From a virus (Duplodnaviria; Caudoviricetes), in the IMG/VR virus record IMGVR_UViG_3300047272_000051, positions 1 through 28,100 of that record: a stretch of 28,100 bases of DNA; one strand, given 5' to 3'. The notes below the pieces were generated by a model that was given only the letters and a program-made list of their open reading frames with translations, ran no database searches and was not told where the DNA came from. Position numbers and translations under genes: made by a program. Shown piece by piece: positions 23,684 to 28,100 of the stretch. The first letter of the stretch is position 1. Every line of letters starts with the position of its first letter.

Positions 23684-23915
23684 TGTGCTTCTCCATCTTC
23701 TCAATATCTTTCATTAGTTCATCATGCAAGTAAACTTTTTTCGCTTCGTTTACTCGATGTGAATGAATAATTCTTGCTACGCCATCAAAGAAATCTGCTA
23801 CTGAATAACTTATATTAAACATCAACGCAGTTACTGCATAAATGTAATCAATCTTTTTAGCAGGACGGGCTAGTGCAAAACGATCTTCTGCTTCATCAAA
23901 GCAATCTTTACACAT
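23676..23915 (-). CDS. Hypothetical AT-rich protein with N-terminal CxxC
   Basis: 79 aa, MCKDC, central hydrophobic stretch, SD-like GAGGA. Confidence 0.6.
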   Translation of the reverse strand: MCKDCFDEAEDRFALARPAKKIDYIYAVTALMFNISYSVADFFDGVARIIHSHRVNEAKKVYLHDELMKDIEKMEKHNG

Positions 23916-23931
23916 AGCCCGTCCTCTCTAA

Positions 23932-24078
23932 TTACTTAGCCTTCTTGCCACCAGCTGATGCTGGCTTTCCTACAACGCCGATCTTCTGCATTGCTGACTT
24001 ACCTGATGCTGACATCTTTCCCATGATTGGGCCAAGAACTGGAGCCTTAGCTACAGCACCCTTTTTTACTCCGAACAT
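23932..24078 (-). CDS. Basic Lys/Gly/Ala microprotein (48 aa, not in ORF track)
   Basis: SD AAGGAG at 24085-24090, ATG 24078, TAA 23932-23934: MFGVKKGAVAKAPVLGPIMGKMSASGKSAMQKIGVVGKPASAGGKKAK. Confidence 0.8.
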   Translation of the reverse strand: MFGVKKGAVAKAPVLGPIMGKMSASGKSAMQKIGVVGKPASAGGKKAK

Positions 24079-24095
24079 ATTGTTCTCCTTGTTGG

Positions 24096-25826
24096 TTAAG
24101 CAGCTCCGCCAAGAGCTGCCATTAGTTGTGCCATTGCTGGCTGTCCACCACCGGGTTGGCCCTGTGGGGAAATAGAACCTGCAGCCGGGGCCGCTCCCGG
24201 AATCCCAGAAGGGGATTGCGAAGCACCGGGGGCCATCTCAGTCGCTGCAGGTTGTACCGGAGGCGTGAACGCTTTAGCGATAACACTCTCCAATGATTCA
24301 CCTTTTTGACGACCTTCGAGGATCATTGCTAACTTAGCAACTGCATCTGATGGGTCTCCACCTTGTGATGCGATCATCGGGATCGTTGTAGCAAACTGTG
24401 AGATGGCAACACGAAGAGCATCTCGCAACTCTTCTGTATCTACCTTCTGCTCTTCTTGTGTGACATTGATGTTGAATGGAAGATTACGGCGTAGGAAGTC
24501 ACGGCTAATCAACTTATCTCCACGAAGCTGCAACCCAAAGATTGCTGCACGGTTTGGATCTAGTCCTGCCATGAGTCCGTACTGAACATCTACGGTGTAA
24601 TCACCGTTGATTGCTGTAGATGGTGTGTATGAAAGTTCATACGGAGTACCATCATCGGATCCACGAATCTTCTTCTTGATATTGCCAAAGACTTTCTCAT
24701 CCATGCAGAATGAGATACCGATAAGGTTAATAAAGAATCGAGCAAATACTGACTGTGCTGCCTTAATCTGTGAATCGAATCCACCCATAAGGGCTTGAAC
24801 ACCACGACCGGTGACAATAGATGCATCGATCTGACCAGTACGACCTTCCGGATAACGAGATCCCATACGGAGTTCTCGCTCAAGTGACTGTGATTCCGCA
24901 AAGACTCCACCCGGAAGTTCGATAGGAACTCGGCGAATTCTTTCTGGAGTGTTAGATCGAAGCAAAGCATCTGGCCCAAGCGTGAATTCTTGGACATCTG
25001 GTGGGATAGCGATAGGTGCATTGACTGACTTCTTAGCAGCTTCTAGCTGTAGGAGTGCAAATCGTGCCTTAGCCATCTGTACTGGGATGACATCATCGAA
25101 CTGTCCTCGTACCATTCCATCGACTGTAGGGCGTTCAGCCACTTCAGCAAGGATTTTACCCACTAAGTTAGGGGTATTTGATAGTACTGCGTTATCTAAT
25201 TCTGGGATATAGATCGTATCTTGGTTCTTATCGTGGTAACGAACTACTGAAACAGTAGCCTTTTGGTTACGATACTTACGATCAATCTGTGCTGCATACT
25301 CTGGATACTGAGCCTTTAGGGTATCTGTATCGATACCAGAGACTGAAGATACCGAAATAAGGGATCCAAAACGATCCTTTTCGTAGTAGCAACCGAATGG
25401 TGAAAGGATGCGTGTACGAGGGTTATTAGTCTCGAAGTCGTATTCAACTATGGCAATCGCAAAGCCATAGGTGTAATAGTGATCTGCTGCCTGATACATC
25501 TGCAACTGCATGTCTGAAATAGCCATGTAGTGGTTAGCAATACGGGTACGAAGCTCTGCCTTACGGCGATCTGAGTCTTTCGTCATGTTGCTAGAAGAGC
25601 AGTTGATAGCAGGAAGGGGTGCAGTAACCTCTGAGAGATCTCGTGCTGCAATATCAATCATGTTAGCGATGAGTGGCTTAGGGTACTCATCTGAGAATTG
25701 ACCGAAGAAGACATCTTCCAAGCGACCTTGGCGGACGGCAAGTACATCTGCCATCTTGCGGTCACGGTCAACATGAGAGGTCTTGAGTCTCTCTACCTTT
25801 GCCGTGATTTCTAGTACTGAAAGCAT
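24096..25826 (-). CDS. Portal protein (576 aa, start revised)
   Basis: ATG 25826 follows TAAGGAG formed by the terminase stop. Size, position after TerL and a Pro/Gln/Gly C-terminal tail typical of podovirus portals. Confidence 0.85.
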   Translation of the reverse strand: MLSVLEITAKVERLKTSHVDRDRKMADVLAVRQGRLEDVFFGQFSDEYPKPLIANMIDIAARDLSEVTAPLPAINCSSSNMTKDSDRRKAELRTRIANHYMAISDMQLQMYQAADHYYTYGFAIAIVEYDFETNNPRTRILSPFGCYYEKDRFGSLISVSSVSGIDTDTLKAQYPEYAAQIDRKYRNQKATVSVVRYHDKNQDTIYIPELDNAVLSNTPNLVGKILAEVAERPTVDGMVRGQFDDVIPVQMAKARFALLQLEAAKKSVNAPIAIPPDVQEFTLGPDALLRSNTPERIRRVPIELPGGVFAESQSLERELRMGSRYPEGRTGQIDASIVTGRGVQALMGGFDSQIKAAQSVFARFFINLIGISFCMDEKVFGNIKKKIRGSDDGTPYELSYTPSTAINGDYTVDVQYGLMAGLDPNRAAIFGLQLRGDKLISRDFLRRNLPFNINVTQEEQKVDTEELRDALRVAISQFATTIPMIASQGGDPSDAVAKLAMILEGRQKGESLESVIAKAFTPPVQPAATEMAPGASQSPSGIPGAAPAAGSISPQGQPGGGQPAMAQLMAALGGAA

Positions 25827-25834
25827 GTTACTCC

Positions 25835-27688
25835 TTATGAGATACGGCGATCTGCGGCCCACTCGTCAAGATTGACGACTTGCCTCTTTGCAGCATCTGC
25901 TCGTGTTAAGAATTCGTTCCTTACGAACTTTCCACCGTACTCACCAAATTGGCATATCTCTCTGGCTCTGATCTCGCAGAACCACATAGCCATTACTAAG
26001 TCGGTCTTGTTCTTTGTTTCCGGAGACCAAGTGATTAACTGGTCAATCAGTAACCGAATACCTTCGGTTCTATCTGATGGAAGATGTAGCAGGTTATCTC
26101 GATGGTGTTTACCGCTAGATTCCATAGTTCCGAATAGAGCAGCCATAGCTGCTACACCGAAACCGGTATCCCACTTATTACGAGTGGTGGTGTGTTCACG
26201 AAGAAGCACACCTCGGTTTGCCATCCATTGCCGTAGATTCTCATCTTGTGTCAGGTAGCCCTGAAATGCGTTACGCTCCACGATCCATTCGGACGGGTTG
26301 TATTTTTCTGTCATTGTTGTGATGAGATCACGGATCTGCTGTGGCGATGGTCTAGTAATGGTAGCCGCATCCAAGATATATCTTTTCTTACGCCTACGGT
26401 CGATTGCCATTACTACGGCCGCCGTATCACCAACGATTGCTGGATCAAGTCCGGCAACGATAGTGAGACCTTCTACTGTCTCGGGATGACCCGGGTTTCC
26501 CGGAATCAATGGCCCGATCATTCTCATGCGATCGATTGAACCTCGAACACACTCTTGAGAAAATACGGAATCTTCGTCTGTGTCAGCTTGCTGATAAACC
26601 ATCGACCAAGTTTTAGGATCGAGGGCAGACCTACGCATGGAAAGGTTCTCACCATCCCAGCGAGGGTACAAGCCGTTCTCGTCTGGCTCTTCATCTGAGC
26701 CCTGCCAAGGGCGGTCTGACTTAGGCCAGAGAGTCTTCCAGTCCTTCTTGTCCTCTGCGAACTCTAGGACTGCTGGCATTGAAAGGTATGTCCATGGTGA
26801 CTTCCCAGTTGGGTAGCGATCACCGTTACGGAGTTCTCTGTACAAATCGATTGAGTCAACTCGGGTGCCAAGAACTAGAAGCTTGCCGGTAGGCCCGAGA
26901 CGAGTAAGGACTTCCTGTTGAATCCAACGAATGTGCTTCTCATACTCGTGAGCATTGCTCATAGTCACGCAGTCATCGAGGATGATTAGGTCAGCACGGG
27001 CACCGTAAACCTGACCACCGATACCCACCGCTTGGATAGTAGGGTCTTTCTGGTCTGAGTCACGGAGTTCGTCACCGAGATAAACTGTAGTTGCTTGCCA
27101 AGTAGCAGACTTGGACTTAAAGCCAGAACCAGCCGCATAAGCGAGCTGAAGCTTTTGCCAGCCCGGGTGGGTTAGTCGCTGTTTAATGGCGTAAATAAAC
27201 TCCACGGCCTTTTGCTGAGACTTGGATACGATCATGATACGGATGTTTGGATCCATACAGATACGGAATGTTGGGTAGTCAATCGAAGTAGTCATTGACT
27301 TGGCATGCTCAGGGGGAACATTGACTAGGACATACTGTGGGCGACCCTGTTCAAATGTCATAGACGGGTGCATCCAAGAAGGTTCATTACCTTCGAGTAG
27401 GTCAATAATGTTCTGCTGGTGAGGGAAGGTCTGAGAGTCTAGGTATTCCTTGCGGAACTCGTTGAATCCCATCGTGAGGGAATCCGCACTCTGTATCCTG
27501 CCCTTAGAAGTCCGGGCAGCTCTAACCTTATCTACCGTCTCCTTGAATTCTTTATCGGTCGAGCGATAGTAGTCAAACAGCTTGTAGCTGCGACCGACCT
27601 GCATCATCGCATCTTCGACCGTACAGCCCTCAGTCAGAAGGCGTATGACCTTCGACTTGATCTTGGCTGTCTCTTCTCTTTTGCTCAT
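25835..27688 (-). CDS. terL: Terminase large subunit with N-terminal HTH extension
   Basis: PHQ adenine-binding motif, Walker A-like VNVPPEHAKS, G.RADLIILDD Walker B, VLGTR coupling motif, YQQ, nuclease AGLDPA, IVERNAFQ and DLVMAMW. Confidence 0.93.
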   Translation of the reverse strand: MSKREETAKIKSKVIRLLTEGCTVEDAMMQVGRSYKLFDYYRSTDKEFKETVDKVRAARTSKGRIQSADSLTMGFNEFRKEYLDSQTFPHQQNIIDLLEGNEPSWMHPSMTFEQGRPQYVLVNVPPEHAKSMTTSIDYPTFRICMDPNIRIMIVSKSQQKAVEFIYAIKQRLTHPGWQKLQLAYAAGSGFKSKSATWQATTVYLGDELRDSDQKDPTIQAVGIGGQVYGARADLIILDDCVTMSNAHEYEKHIRWIQQEVLTRLGPTGKLLVLGTRVDSIDLYRELRNGDRYPTGKSPWTYLSMPAVLEFAEDKKDWKTLWPKSDRPWQGSDEEPDENGLYPRWDGENLSMRRSALDPKTWSMVYQQADTDEDSVFSQECVRGSIDRMRMIGPLIPGNPGHPETVEGLTIVAGLDPAIVGDTAAVVMAIDRRRKKRYILDAATITRPSPQQIRDLITTMTEKYNPSEWIVERNAFQGYLTQDENLRQWMANRGVLLREHTTTRNKWDTGFGVAAMAALFGTMESSGKHHRDNLLHLPSDRTEGIRLLIDQLITWSPETKNKTDLVMAMWFCEIRAREICQFGEYGGKFVRNEFLTRADAAKRQVVNLDEWAADRRIS

Positions 27689-27698
27689 GTGTTCCTCT

Positions 27699-27713
27699 CG
27701 CGGCTTCGCCGCG
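27699..27713. promoter_or_regulatory. Perfect GC hairpin abutting the terminase RBS
   Basis: Minus strand CGCGGC-GAA-GCCGCG directly followed by AGAGGAACAC-ATG. Confidence 0.5.
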
Positions 27714-27736
27714 TGAAAGCGAAAGATTTTCTCATT

Positions 27737-27867
27737 GGGTTCGAGGGTTCGATTTAGAACAGACTACTGGGCAAATACTAGGCCCTATGGTCGCCTTCGC
27801 TCTCATAGGATCGCTCCGGCTCCCTAAGAGCCGGGTAGTAGTCGTCTATATTCCTTGTCGGAATATA
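27737..27867. repeat. Cluster of inverted and direct repeats upstream of terminase
   Basis: gggttcga x2 (27737-27752); gactact/agtagtc (27762-68/27837-43); cctatg/catagg (27784-89/27804-09); ccggctc/gagccgg (27816-22/27828-34); tatattcc/ggaatata (27847-54/27860-67). Confidence 0.7.
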
Positions 27868-27920
27868 TCCTCCTACTATAGATAAGCCGGGAAATTGGGT
27901 GTTTATCCCGTACTCAACCC

Positions 27921-27936
27921 TGTGATGTAGGACACA
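27921..27936. promoter_or_regulatory. CRP/GlxR-like operator candidate
   Basis: TGTGA-TGTAGG-ACACA, 9 of 10 positions of TGTGA-N6-TCACA. Confidence 0.35.
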
Positions 27937-28100
27937 TCCATCATATATGGTAAAAGTGCAGGTCAGAGTGCATGTCGCGGATCCAATTCCTATCAAAAAA
28001 ATTTATTCAGGTACATATATAGGGGCCCCCGCGTGGTTTATAGCACCCGGGTCATCTGTAAGGGGGGTGTGTCGGACAGGGTTTAGCCGATAAGTAACAT

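Larger units (their letters stand above)
1..28100 (-). mobile_element. Tailed dsDNA phage structural/packaging module (podovirus-like, probably actinobacterial host)
   Basis: Co-oriented terminase, portal, scaffold, capsid and tail-fibre genes, with no host housekeeping genes. Host and morphology are inferred. Confidence 0.93.

Noticed and set aside
25827-25862. Longer portal start given by the ORF track (25862)
   Set aside because: Overlaps the terL end; ATG 25826 has a properly spaced TAAGGAG.
27304-27314. 11-nt match catgctcaggg between the terminase Walker A codons and the pseudoknot at 4369-4379
   Set aside because: Many 11-mer repeats are expected by chance in 28 kb, and this copy is constrained by protein coding.
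27778-27996. 72-aa minus-strand ORF as small terminase
   Set aside because: No clear SD, no HTH or coiled-coil character, and it runs through a repeat-rich region that looks non-coding.
1-28100. CRISPR array, integrase, rRNA or stop-codon reassignment
   Set aside because: No regularly spaced repeat-spacer units and no recombinase motifs. Genes are intact under the standard code, with TAA, TGA and TAG all used as stops.

Overview
The window is the packaging and virion-morphogenesis arm of a tailed dsDNA phage. About 29 tightly packed genes all lie on the minus strand, many joined by ATGA/TAATG/GTGA overlaps or TAAGGAG junctions. Reading in transcription order (right to left): a structured non-coding region, terminase large subunit with an N-terminal HTH, portal, three small genes, four probable internal-virion (ejection) proteins including a 1962-aa giant, a structured RNA-like intergenic region, scaffold, major capsid protein, two conserved hypotheticals, a proteasome-beta/HslV-like Ntn protease followed by Lys-rich microproteins, a probable head-tail adaptor, tail fibre, Mtd-N-like miniprotein, putative adaptor, two paralogous glycine-rich receptor-binding candidates, a probable tail nozzle protein, a small membrane protein, a SAM methyltransferase and a secreted Pro-rich stalk protein. 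No tape-measure or major tail gene is recognisable, so a short-tailed (podovirus-like) virion is inferred. The gene set resembles uncultured freshwater actinobacterial phages; this is recognition of protein style, not a database result. Three short ORFs missing from the ORF track were read directly (1..90, 10022..10183, 23932..24078), plus a probable internal start at 10584. The most interesting candidates are: (1) an Ntn protease with intact catalytic residues coupled to protamine-like basic microproteins; (2) a tRNA-like mini-element plus a structured leader ahead of the scaffold gene; (3) a textbook H-type pseudoknot in the leader of the tail gene; (4) a modular adhesin system whose gene junctions share a 12-nt sequence read in different frames.
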